DNA of 64,000 nt from Alloascoidea hylecoeti (Eukaryota). The notes under the pieces are model-generated. The model did not search any database. It was not told where the DNA came from and saw only the letters and a program-made list of their open reading frames with translations. Made by a program: the position numbers and the translations under genes. The first letter of the stretch is position 1. The number at the start of each line of letters is the position of its first letter. The stretch is taken from NCBI GenBank assembly GCA_001600815.1, contig BCKZ01000002.1, positions 1,620,294-1,684,293 on the forward strand, in the 5' to 3' direction. This document shows positions 1 to 11,275 of the stretch, piece by piece.

Positions 1-482
1 TAGCATGCTCTTAACAAAAACGTCGGGGTTTTGTTAAGGATGTGGGAATTTTCACGATTATTCATTATAACCATTGGAACTTTTTGGATTTCACGGAATA
101 TCATGATGTTTTATTAATATGAATGAATATTTGATATTAGACATAGTCTCCAAATCTGGTAACAATACGGGCCGTTTGTAACGGTGCGTCTTCCTGTAGT
201 GTGTCTCGAAATATGACAGACCGTCGGGTCTTTCCCGTATATCGGGTACGCACTATAAAAACTCCATAATTCCATGATAATAGTCATCTCTTCTTCCTCC
301 ACAATCTTCTTCAAGTCTTCCTTCGAGTATTCTTTGAAGTATTCTTTGAAGTATTCTTAAAACTGTATCTACAATCGGTTATTGTATTCTTATTGGGATT
401 CATCTTGTCTTCTGTCTACAATCCAGAAACGTTTAATCCAATTATCAATCTTCTACCGTTTTCAAATCTACAACACAACAAA

Positions 483-1505
483 ATGGTTAAAGTCGCAATT
501 GCTGGTGCTGCCGGTGGCATAGGACAGCCCCTTTCTCTCCTATGCAAACTTTCTCCTTATATCTCGGAACTCTCCCTTTATGATGTAAGAATGTCAGTCG
601 GTGTAGCTACTGATTTATCCCATATTCACACAAAGGCAAAGGTTACTGGCTTTTTACCAGACAATGATGGCATGCAAAAAGCTTTCTCCGGTTCTGATTT
701 GGTTATTATTCCGGCTGGTATTCCACGAAAACCAGGTATGACAAGAGATGCTCTTTTTAATATTAATGCTGGTATAGTTAGAGATCTTGTCACAGGTGTC
801 GCCAAATATGCTCCAAAAGCTTTTATCCTAATTATTTCAAACCCCGTTAATTCAAATGTCCCAATTGCTGCCGAAATATTAAAGAAATATGGTGTGTTTG
901 ACCCAAAAAGGTTATTTGGTGTTACAACTCTTGATGTTGTTAGATCTGAAACTTTTATCGCACAAATTGCCAATCCTTCACAACCTGATCCTTCTAAATT
1001 TAATGCTCTTGTTGTTGGTGGTCATTCAGGGGAAACAATTGTTCCTCTTATCTCTGCTACTGCCCCCGAAATATATTCTGAATTAGTAAAGAACTCAGAA
1101 GAACTTGCCGCGTTAATTAAGCACATTCAATTTGCTGGTGATGATGTTGTTAAAGCAAAAGATGGTGCTGGCTCAGCAACACTTTCAATGGCATATGCCG
1201 GATTTAAGTTTGCCAACTCAATCTTAAAAGCAATCTCTGGTGAAAAGAATATAATTGAACCTACTTATGTTCATTTGGAAGGTATTGAAGGTGGTAAAGA
1301 AGTTGCTGCTAAACTAGGTGTCAAATATTTCACACTTCCTGTTGAATTAGGACCAGAAGGTGCTCACTATATTAAGAATGTCTTAAACAATGTTTCAAAA
1401 CAAGAGGAAAAACTATTAGAAATTGCTCTTGATAATTTGAGACCAAATATTGAAAAAGGTGAAAAGTTTATATTGGATCCACCTGCTCCAAAGAGTAAAC
1501 TATAA
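483..1505 (+). CDS. MDH3: NAD-dependent malate dehydrogenase, peroxisomal (PTS1 -SKL), 340 aa
   Basis: [20 protein letters not shown]ossmann start, [25 protein letters not shown] and VGGHSG motifs; ends PKSKL. First ATG is at 483 (the ORF track starts at an upstream TTG). Confidence 0.95.
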   Translation: MVKVAIAGAAGGIGQPLSLLCKLSPYISELSLYDVRMSVGVATDLSHIHTKAKVTGFLPDNDGMQKAFSGSDLVIIPAGIPRKPGMTRDALFNINAGIVRDLVTGVAKYAPKAFILIISNPVNSNVPIAAEILKKYGVFDPKRLFGVTTLDVVRSETFIAQIANPSQPDPSKFNALVVGGHSGETIVPLISATAPEIYSELVKNSEELAALIKHIQFAGDDVVKAKDGAGSATLSMAYAGFKFANSILKAISGEKNIIEPTYVHLEGIEGGKEVAAKLGVKYFTLPVELGPEGAHYIKNVLNNVSKQEEKLLEIALDNLRPNIEKGEKFILDPPAPKSKL

Positions 1506-2651
1506 TGTTATGTCAATGTTTTATTATATTCCATATATTTGCAATTACAATTGCAACCTATCGTATAGACATATATTGGTCTAATGTATTATGCGTTTTA
1601 TAATTCTAGATCTTCATAGTTATTTTTCTTTTTTTGTTGAGTGCCTATCTTTTATTTTTATTTGTGATAATTATAATTATGGTTAAATAGGGAAAAATAA
1701 GAAAATAGACGTACTTTTTAGATATAAACTATTGTTTGTCACGTTATAAACTAGATAAAAATGAAAACAATCCCTTTTCAAGTTTAAGCGCTGGCTACGA
1801 CGTAAGCGTTCAATGGCCATAAAACCATATAGCCCTATACCAGTATATGACCTTTACTCGGCTGATCAAGAGTGAATCCTTCCAACGCACCATATATTTC
1901 GGTTTCCAACTTCAGAATTAATGGTGAAAATATTCATTTATTTCTTGTAATCTGTAAATCTCAATAGCTTAATATTGAATACAGTAAAAGTTGCTAGCTA
2001 ATTATAAATATCAATGGTAAAAAATCATCCACACAAAGTACTTTTATATAAATCTGAAGAAGCAGCCAGATATTCGTGTGTGATAAGACCGATGGTTATT
2101 TATAACGGCTGACAATTTAATCTCGTCAATTATTATAGTGTAATTCGCAGGATGACAACTCAGCTCATAATTTATAAAATATGAACCGTTNTACTTATTC
2201 TAAAATTTCATACCTAATTATATTTATTAAAGAAGTCAACTATATATTCTTTATGTATTATATCTCGTGAGGAGTGGAACAGTTAATTGATGAGTAGTTT
2301 CTTTTACATTTTTTATTTAAATTTCACAAATGTCAGAGTAAGATATGTTGTGGTAGTTTCTACGCTTGTTCTCAGTTATAGGGAATTTAATTTCATGGAT
2401 CCAATTAATATTTTATTATAAACTATTTAACTTATAACTAATATTGATATATATTCTTTCATTTATTTACTTATTTATCATATCGGATAATAACAAATTT
2501 GAATTTATGAACATTATTATGTTCATTTATGATTGAAAAATTATTTATATTTAAGATATAATCTCGCTTTACTTAATATTTTGTTATAAACTATTTAACT
2601 TTATAATTTTATATCGTAATTGCAATAAGTTCCTTTATTTATTTCTGTATC

Positions 2652-5030
2652 TTTTTTTTTTTTTCAAGTGGCCATTACGGCTCTATATTAAACTGCTTTT
2701 TCTATAAATACTATATTTATAACAACCAAAAAATCGTGAAAATAAAAAGACCTATTGCTAGGCAAAAATACCTATTACTAATGTTATAGGTTCACTCTTT
2801 TTTGAGTAATGTTGTTACATTTTATAGTATTATTACCACCTTTTCCAACTTCTTACTCAATCAATACGAATAAAGGATGTAAGTAATATTTATACATCTT
2901 TCCTCTTTTTCTTTTTTTGTCCATAGAACCTAAGTGGTTCAGAACAAAACTTTGTGGAGTCCCTTTCAATCATTTTACATCATTGTGATACTGATAAACT
3001 ATTCTCCTGTTGATAATATCTTCTGTGATATTTTCTAACTAAAAAAACGGTTACCGCTCTTAATATTAATTCTTTTCTTTCCTTATGATTAAAATCAAGA
3101 AAAGATTTAACTTCAATTTCCTTTTCTTTTAGTTCTATCACTTTTTGGTTATAGGACCATATTTTCTTTGTAATTTCACATGTAGAGAAAACATGTTCGA
3201 AGGATAATTCCAACTTTTCACAGCAAGGACATCTTTTGTCTTTAAGGTTGTTGTAAAAATGTAAAAATGAACCCCTGCAAAATATTTGGTATTCATCTAT
3301 AACGTTTGATACATATAGGTTATTTTTGTGGATTGTTTTCCATAGCAAACCCCATCTATTGACTCCAATTTTGTAGGTTTTTTCCATTTCTTTTGGTACT
3401 AATACATTTTGGTTTGCTTTGAAAAAACTTTTACAGATGCTCCTACAACTGAATTTGTCGAGGACTTCATTTTGTGGACCAATAAAGTCCTCTAGTTTTA
3501 AAATTTGGGTTTTGCTGATTTATCTATCAATTCCATGGATTGATTGAATTCTTTAATTGACCATAAACTTTTATTTTTAATATATTGTTGGTTTATGTCA
3601 CCAACTTTTGTGGTGTCCCAGAAATGGGCTAAATATGTGTTCCAGGGCTGGATTATTTTGAGGTTTTGTTTGAAGCATTGGAGTTGTTCATTTTCTGTCG
3701 AAAAATTTTCATGAAGATATTTATTATTGATTAATAACATTTGATCCCAATCCAGGTGTAATAAATTATCATTTTTAGCTTTCTTTTCTTTTTCCATTAT
3801 TTTATTTGCCGATATTGAGGCTTTTACCCCATGAAATGTCATTTGTTCCCTGATTGTGTTGGAGATCCTCATCGTCATTGGTTAGTAATGATGATAAATG
3901 ATAGTAATGACGGCCTTTCTGTTGAACCATTAGGTCTATCTGACCATAACCTGCACTCTTTGCAGGAGTCGTCAACACTTTGAGCGATACTTGTCTATAT
4001 GTACCTATATTATTTTTAGTTATTTTCATAATGTCGTTCAAGATACCTTTTGGGGATGGAATAAATTCCATAAGAAAAAGCGTCTTGGACAGAACGTAAA
4101 TATTTACTATGATGCACCTCGTTCGTATGTTATTATGATGGTGAAATAAAAAATCCAACCTTGATTTAATATTGTTAATCATCTCTTCCCAGATTTTTCC
4201 GGGGTTCACGCCTCTACCCATTTTTATTCCCAAATATTTGAAACTGTTTACGACTTCAAACTTGTATATTGGTGATTGATTATTTATAGAACGCTTGGTG
4301 TCCATTGGAAAGTATATTTTTGTTTTCCCAGCATTAACTACCGAACCAGATGAACGTTTGTAAAGAGATAGTGCCCTATCAAGGAAGTCTTCGCCGTCTC
4401 TGGAATTAATTAAAATTGATAATTCGTCGGCAAATAGGCTCACTTTAAGTGAGCGGAGGGTTTTTATAGCTGATATAGACACACCCTATGTTGTAAGTAT
4501 TGCGATAACGGCTCGATCACCAAAGCGAATAAACTCGGCAAGAGGACTTCCTTGGCGCAGCCCAGACTGTAAAGGGAAAGATCTGGACTGGACGCCGTTT
4601 ATGAGCACCGGTCCTGTTTGGTTTGTGATAGACCCATAACAGCGTTTATAAAATGAGGATCCAGGCCTAAATGTTCAAGAACTCTGTGTATGTATTCAAT
4701 GCCTAACATATCATAAGCCTTTGTAAAACCTACCAGGATGAGCGCCTGGTGTGGGTTCCGGCTAATAAACTTAGTATCTGGATCAATGAATAACTGGCTA
4801 AGGTGAATATTGGTCGATATAGATCTCCCAGGAATAAAGGCCGTTTGATGCTCCGACACAATCCCTTTTATTACTGATTGGAGTCTAATGTTTAAAATCT
4901 GGTGTATGATTCTTATGTCTGAGTTAAGTATAGCTATGGGGCGATTACCATTTATGTCACCTTTTTTGGTCTTATCCTTCAGTAATCAAAAGAAAGTTCC
5001 AATAACTTCCTGACCTGGGACACTATAGGT
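2652..5030 (-). mobile_element. 5'-truncated, frameshifted L1-clade non-LTR retrotransposon (ORF2 RT + C-terminal Zn knuckle + poly(A))
   Basis: Minus-strand pieces in order: NRPIAILNSDIRII..QTAFIPGRSI, ILVGFTKAYD, GLRQGSPL, LFADE (YADD equivalent), FKYLGI, CPCC..FEHVFSTC. T13 at 2652-2664 is the likely poly(A) tail. Several frameshifts and stops. Confidence 0.87.
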
Positions 5031-5055
5031 GAAAAAAATCTTTTCTTGTAAAAAT

Positions 5056-5140
5056 TGATCCGGCCGAGGATCGAACTCGGAGCCTCCTCGGCACGCATAA
5101 TAATGTGAACGAGACGTGATAACCTTTACACCACCGGACC
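5056..5140 (-). tRNA. tRNA-Val(CAC) with 12-nt intron
   Basis: GGTCCGG/CCGGATC acceptor stem, TCTCG-TT-CAC-A[TTATTATGCGTG]C-CGAGG anticodon arm, CCGAG-TTCGATC-CTCGG T-arm, T5 terminator; 73 nt after splicing. Confidence 0.95.
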
Positions 5141-5164
5141 TGTTACTTTTGATCTGGGGGAACT

Positions 5165-5590
5165 AGTTAGTCAACCCTCTTATGAAAGTAAAGTTATATC
5201 ATCAAATCCAAATAATAAATTCAAAGAGCGATTGATTACATACTTGAAAGCGTGGAGAATCATAATCAATAATAAAAAGAAGAGATATATACCAGCTACA
5301 GATACGGTACCAAAAATAGCTAATGAAGCATTACAAAAACTGGTGGAAGAACCAGCAGATGAAGATATCGAAAAAAGAAAAAGACATGGAGGAAATAAAC
5401 AAAAACATATCCAAATACTCGATTAAATCAATAACCCAGAAGTGGTATAATAAAAACAAAATTATATTGAAACCAAACAAATGGATGCAGTTAATTCCGG
5501 AACTAAAAGATGAAAATTGGAAGAAATGGTGGGAATTTATCAAAGAAACATACAAGGAACACCCTGAGGAGACACATTTGCTTAACTTGA
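5165..5590 (+). mobile_element. Non-LTR retrotransposon ORF2 C-terminal fragment
   Basis: Overlapping frameshifted ORFs 5232-5426 and 5323-5607. KWMQLIPEL..NWKKWWEFIKETYKEHPEETHLLNL resembles the Trp-rich pre-knuckle segment of the neighbouring LINE (WGLLWKTIHK..EYQIFCRG). Ends approximate. Confidence 0.55.
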
Positions 5591-6269
5591 GTAAATCACT
5601 CATATAGCGCCATACTAAAAATCGTCTACCTTCTACTTATCTTTATATTTCATTTATATTCTATTATGTTCTCATTTTATATAAACCACCTTTAAATTTT
5701 TATTTATTTGTTGATGGTATCAAAAATTTGCTGGTATAGATTGCAATATTTGTTTTTTTCAACTTTAGAGGTCACTTGGAAGGAAATCCTCTTCACAGAC
5801 GAACACATTAGTTAGTAAGACAACAGTGTGGAGATTCAGTCCGTTTGGATAAATCTAGGCGGGAAAGTTGGTTTTTTTTTAACTTTTCATAAATTTTCCA
5901 ATTAAATTATATAACTAGAAACTTTGTAAATTCTGAGGAAATCTCTACTATATATAGTGAAATAAAAACCTCTCTTTCTATTCTTCTTATTTTTGTGTAT
6001 TCTTGACACTCTTCTTTCTTCCCTTCTTATGTACCTAGACCGCACATTTAATATCTTATTATGTTTATTACTTCTAGAACTTTTCCTATTAATAGCTTTT
6101 GGATTTATCTATATAAACGTAAGATAAATCCCACTTTAAAGGAAGGGAGGTGAGCTTTAATACATTTTTCCTGTTTAAGATCTTGATCGTTATCTGTATA
6201 TGATTTCGCCAGTTACATCTACTGTAAGCTATTAAGTCATTAGTAGCTTACTTTACAAAAAAAAGTTCG

Positions 6270-6341
6270 GCCGTTGTAGTATAGTGGTCAGTACACATCG
6301 TTGTGGCCGATGAAACCTCAGTTCGATTCTGGGCAACGGCA
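6270..6341 (+). tRNA. tRNA-His(GUG)
   Basis: GCCGTTG/CAACGGC acceptor stem, CATCG-TT-GTG-GC-CGATG anticodon arm, GTTCGATT T-loop, followed by a T-run terminator; closely matches yeast tRNA-His. Confidence 0.97.
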
Positions 6342-6370
6342 ATTTTTTTAACTTTTTCTACGCTTGCTAG

Positions 6371-6827
6371 GTGGTATTGAAAATGAAAATAACCCTAGTT
6401 CCAAGGAAAAATGGAAGAATAAACCAATGCATATTGTGTCTAGAAACCGAGGAGCACATATTCAATCAATGTAGAATAAAGACAATAATATTTGAACATT
6501 TTATGGGAAACGATTATCAACTAAATGAAATGATTTGTGATTCCACAAGAAACACAAATGAATTAATTCAAATCAACAATATAGGAGAGGCAATTAGAAA
6601 CTTGAGAAACAGAAGAAGATTCGGAACAACAACATTAGAATCAACGGACAAAGAACTTTTAACTGCAGCGAAAGCTGAAATTAGAAGAATCAATAATCAG
6701 TACAAATTTATAAATCTTTATTTCAATCAAAAAAAATTAACTTTCTATAAATCAAATTTAATAGTCTAGCTTAAATAGTTATATTTTTGATATAAAATAG
6801 TGTCTGGGAAAAAAATATAAAAAAAAA
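6371..6827 (+). mobile_element. 3' end of a non-LTR retrotransposon (ORF2 Zn knuckle + A-rich tail)
   Basis: CILCLETEEHIFNQC knuckle typical of the L1-clade ORF2 C-terminus; stop at 6769, short UTR, A-rich tail 6809-6827. Confidence 0.7.
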
Positions 6828-6829
6828 GT

Positions 6830-7130
6830 TGTTCGTTGTCATAATCGTTGAAAGCATACCAAGGTTGGGACAAGTAATCAACAGCGACAGATGCATTGGT
6901 CTTTTGATTGGGAGTCTTTTTTATGACAGTTGAGTTTTCCATGGGTCAAACCACTGTATTACATTTGACGCAATAACGTTTGGCCTAACCTGAAGTTTGA
7001 ATGAGTGATTCCTTTGAATTATTGTCCTTCAAGGGTAGTTGCAAATTAATCTCTTTAGGAATAATTGACGGGATTATTGAGTACTTCTTTCAAAATAATT
7101 GTTTGATTAACTTCGTTTGTTTCATTTTAC
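6830..7130 (-). mobile_element. Possible LINE ORF1 (gag-like knuckle) relic
   Basis: IIPSIIPKEINLQLP...YCVKCN then (frameshift) GLTHGKLNC, giving a CxxC..H..C knuckle; stops present. Confidence 0.3.
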
Positions 7131-7622
7131 CCAGACCTGAATGGGTGGCAAGATAATACTCAAGTAGGAATAAATAATTTAATTTAGAGCCTCTGTGGCC
7201 ACTTTAAAAGAAGAAAATATATATATAAGCTTATGAAGATATCAATTAATATTGGAAAACTCGTTATATTACTAATAACAACGAGAGATACCTTTAACTA
7301 TACGAATATTAATGTTTTTTAGAATATCTAGATACCTTTAATTAGTAGTTGGATATAAGCATTTTGAATATAAATTAAAGTCCTAAGGTAAAAGAAAGTA
7401 ATAATTAAATAATATAGTACTCCAAAATATCCTTCATTTAATTCAAAGTATTGCTCCATATATATAAACAAAAAAAATGTTAGGAAATAATTGGAGAACT
7501 CAAATTGAATTTAAGATATTTCATTAGAAAGTATAAGGTTAAATCAAAATTATTCACAGGTCATAAATTATTTTGTTAAGTACTATTGTTTTTATTTTTT
7601 GTTAAATTTTGTTTTAAGAGAA

Positions 7623-9190
7623 TCAAATAGTTATTGATTTATCATCCAAATTCATATATGTATCAATCATAGCATCAATAGCATAAGTAATAGGGTTTGT
7701 TGATTCTGTAAACTTCATCCCACCAGCGAATTCATTATTTAAAGTACAAGCTTCAAGAGTTTGTGAAACACCTTCTAAAAACCACATTCGATCTTTCATT
7801 CTTGATGTATAAGTTTGTAAAAATTTATAATAAACAATTAATATTCTATGCGAAGCTCCATCACCATTATTAAGTAATTGTAAAAATCCTTTATCTAATA
7901 AAGCTGGAAATGAGAAGATCCTCATCATGAAATCTGGTCTATATTGCTCATGTATAATTTTATCGAGGTATGCCAATGTTAAAAAATACGGAGATCCAAA
8001 TCTTAATGGGTAAAGATCAGCAAGAAGGGGATCAAGACATTCAAATTTTAATTCAAGGTTTGGATCTTCTAGAGCCAAATCCCCCAAATCTCCTAAATCA
8101 ATTGAAATGATTTGAAAAAATCGAGATTGTATTGTTAAAGGCCAAACAGATGTTAGGATTGTAGCAGCTCCCCTTACATGATATATCCATGTTGAAGCAG
8201 GCAACGATTTGAGTGATATTGAAGAAGGAGGTGATGCATTTGCTAATGAATCCATAATTAACAACAAAGCGGTTGCTACAATAGCGTCTGTCCCATCTAA
8301 ATCTTCATTAGATATATATTTAACGGCATCTCTTAGTAGTCTTAAAGCCTGACCTCTGTGGTCAACCACATATTGACCATATATTGGTTCTGACCTTGCT
8401 AAATGGGTTGCTGAAAATGCCAACATCGCATGTAATAAAAAAGGATTATGAAATGCTAATTCTGTTATTTCGGTTTGCCAAACGTCTAATGTAGATAAAC
8501 CAGCGGCAGCTATTGTTTGGCATACTTTATTCGAATAGTTGAACATTAATCTTAAATCTATTAGATTAAGTCCCGGAGAAAATGTGGTATTAATGTCAAA
8601 TAAATCTTCGGCTGTTTGCGTCTGTTGATCTATAGACGAGCCATTTCCCGTAAAAATTGACGGAGATGTTATGTTATGGGTAATGGCTAGGTGATTGGTA
8701 TTTGCTGTTTTCGCTATTGGTGGAGGTGTCTTATAAACACAACCAATCCCTAAATGTTGACAATTCTTACACGAAGGCTTGGATTCATCACACTAACACT
8801 CATTCAAAAGTTAATTTTCTTTGGCTCTTGCTCTCTTGAGATCAAAAAATATAACAATTATATTATTCTTACCTTAACTCTTCTTCTTTTACAAGTATCA
8901 CAGCCAAGTCGGGATTTTTGATGGAATCTTTTCTTCTTGGCCCCACCTTTTCTTTTATTTTGTGTGGTGTCATTGTTACTTGATTGTGTAGGACTACCAG
9001 TAGTTGATGCTGCATCATCACCATTTTTCTCCTGTTTTATTCTAGATTTCTTTGTAGAAGGTGGTGAAGTAGTACTTGAACCATCACCATTAGAAGAAAA
9101 TTTTCTTTTGTTTGAATCTAAATTCTCCATAATTGTATCGGATTTAATAGTTTGAGCGTTTTCTGTTTCTCTTTTAGAAATTTGTTCCAT
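7623..9190 (-). CDS. UPC2: Sterol-regulatory Zn2Cys6 transcription factor Upc2/Ecm22; join(9190..8873,8792..7623), ~495 aa
   Basis: 80-nt intron (GTAAGA..ATTAAC..TAG) splits the cluster CDTCKRRRVK|CDESKPSCKNCQHLGIGC; C-terminal domain PFLLHAMLAFSATHL..LLIMDSLANAS matches Upc2. Confidence 0.92.
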
Positions 9191-9335
9191 TATTTCAACT
9201 TTTTAGACACATGATCTTGTGGGGCTTGACGAAAGTCCGAACTTTTTAAGAAGTGGTTATCGCAACACCCGTTCACCTAAATATATGTCCGAAGTTATTG
9301 ATAATGGAACGGGTAACCTCGATTGATTGGAGAGG

Positions 9336-9727
9336 ATGGTGAGTGGAGTGAGACCGTTTTATTTTAAAATTATTGTTTCATCCAGATGAGCTAATGGGTA
9401 CAAATTTTATAGAGCATTAATATTGATAAAGTTGTGGGTGCCGGAATGTTGGGTGTTGCCACTGCTGTCTTTGTGTATTATACCATTTGGACCATAATTT
9501 TAGTAAGTGATTACATCTTTTCAAATCTATATTTCTTTTACTAACATGAAATGTATTAGCCTTTTGTTGATGATGATAATCCAATCCAGAATTTCTTCCC
9601 ACCAAAAGAATGGGCCATACGAATCCCGGTCATGCTTTTGCTGATGTTCATCGGAATAGTAGGAACATTTATTGGAATTGTTTTAGTTCGTTCAGCCAAA
9701 AAAGAAAAATTACTCAAACGTAAATAA
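9336..9727 (+). CDS. DPM2: Dolichol-phosphate mannosyltransferase subunit 2; join(9336..9338,9413..9502,9560..9727), 86 aa
   Basis: M|SINIDKVVGAGMLGVATAVFVYYTIWTIIL|PFVDDDNPIQNFFPPKEWAIRIPVMLLLMFIGIVGTFIGIVL..; introns GTGAGT..GCTAAT..TAG and GTAAGT..TACTAAC..TAG. Not in the ORF track. Confidence 0.9.
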
Positions 9728-11275
9728 TTTCTTCCTCTATTAAATTCCCTAATCATTAACTATCGGGAAGAACGGAAATGAAATATAGTATAATAGAGCT
9801 TTTTTTATTTTATTAATTAAATTAGTGAATATTTGTTAGAAATGTACCTTTTGTTCCCTATAACCGCTCCATAGTCTTTCTATGACCACTTTAAATCAAT
9901 ATTTATAGGTTAGAATTAGGAGGTTATAGATAGTTAATAATATTAATGCATTAAACGCACTACAACAGCAATAAATAATCGAACTTGTATAATTTGTTCA
10001 ATTTGTAATTAAAGGTTATATTAAGAAAGTTATAACTTTTTAGCTCTTGTATGCTCAACATATCTATAGTCTATAAACTACTATAGCTACTAGAAAACTT
10101 CTGATTATTGAGATAAGTGTTCGAATTTATCCTCCACTTTATTAAAATTTTCATCTTGAGATTCTTCTGAAGATATCGAGTTAAATATGACTCTATATTG
10201 CTAGAGAGAGAGGGTTCCTCGATTAAATGAAAATCAAAAATCCAGGCTTTTCAAAAATTTCTAAGAATTCGAAACAAAAATTAAAAAAACATAAACCTAT
10301 GTATTTTTATGGATCTTCAGATCCTCTATTGTAGCAACTCTTCTCACGGTTGCAGTGTCGTACTGATAGGCTTTTTTTGAGCTGAAATGTATTTCTTCAG
10401 TCATTTCCTTGAGCTTTATTAGATCTTCTGTAATATAGGTAGTGCCTGCAACGATCGTCGTTACGCCAGTTAAGGACCTTGGCGAAAGCTTTGTCATCTT
10501 TACAGGTAAATTACTGATGAAGTTGTGATCTGAGTAAAGTATTTCCAATATGACCCCAGCTTTATCTTCTTTCACTAGCATCTCACACTATCTTATTAAC
10601 TGTAAGTATTTTCCATGGATGAATTTATAAAGTGTCACTTCACCTCCTGAGCCCTTTTATTCTCAGGTGGGATGTTTTCCTTATCTTTTAACTTGTTGAA
10701 ACCAGGATCAAATGAATAGATATTAGATACGTATACCGTTATTTACGAACGAGATGTGATGCATTTGGCTATTGATAATCCTAATGTTCTCGCCCTTATA
10801 TAAATAAGATTAACTTTTGGAGCCTTTGCGATTGAGACTCTGCCCAGTAAAAGTCCAGAGTTCCTAAATATTGTTTTTTGGTATGCAAGCGGCATCATAG
10901 TTGAATAAAAGATATTAAGTTTTACGCGTCGCACTTTTTGGAGATGAATTTTCCCTTAGCCAAAAAACCTACATCCGCTTTATTTGTATAATTATTAATA
11001 TTTAGAAGTTATGATGCTATTTCTCTATTTGACAACTTCAGTCTTAATACCTTGCCCATCACTAATGATGTGCAACATAAGATATTAGGTAATGCGAGGT
11101 AGTGTGCTGAGTAATAAAGATTGAAAAATTAAGGCTGTGGTCATTCCAAATTTTGGAAAATTATAATTCCAAAATGGCTAAAGTAAACGCCGACGTTACC
11201 GGCAAACACTGCATATCTATATAACCTTATAATTATACTGATGACTATACTAAAACTTCTCCGTTTCGCCTGGTA

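Noticed and set aside
393..482. TTG-initiated 30-aa N-terminal extension of MDH3 as a dual-targeting signal
   Set aside because: No Arg-rich amphipathic character; the ATG at 483 has good context and matches the family start.
2060..2170. QDDNSAH resembling a Tc1 DN motif
   Set aside because: Single short motif with no other DDE motif or TIR found.
5827..6217. Solo LTR (TGT..ACA) upstream of tRNA-His
   Set aside because: LTR-like composition, but no matching target-site duplication and no second copy in the window.
10297..10934. Two minus-strand ORF fragments, possibly a TE or pseudogene relic
   Set aside because: No recognisable motif.
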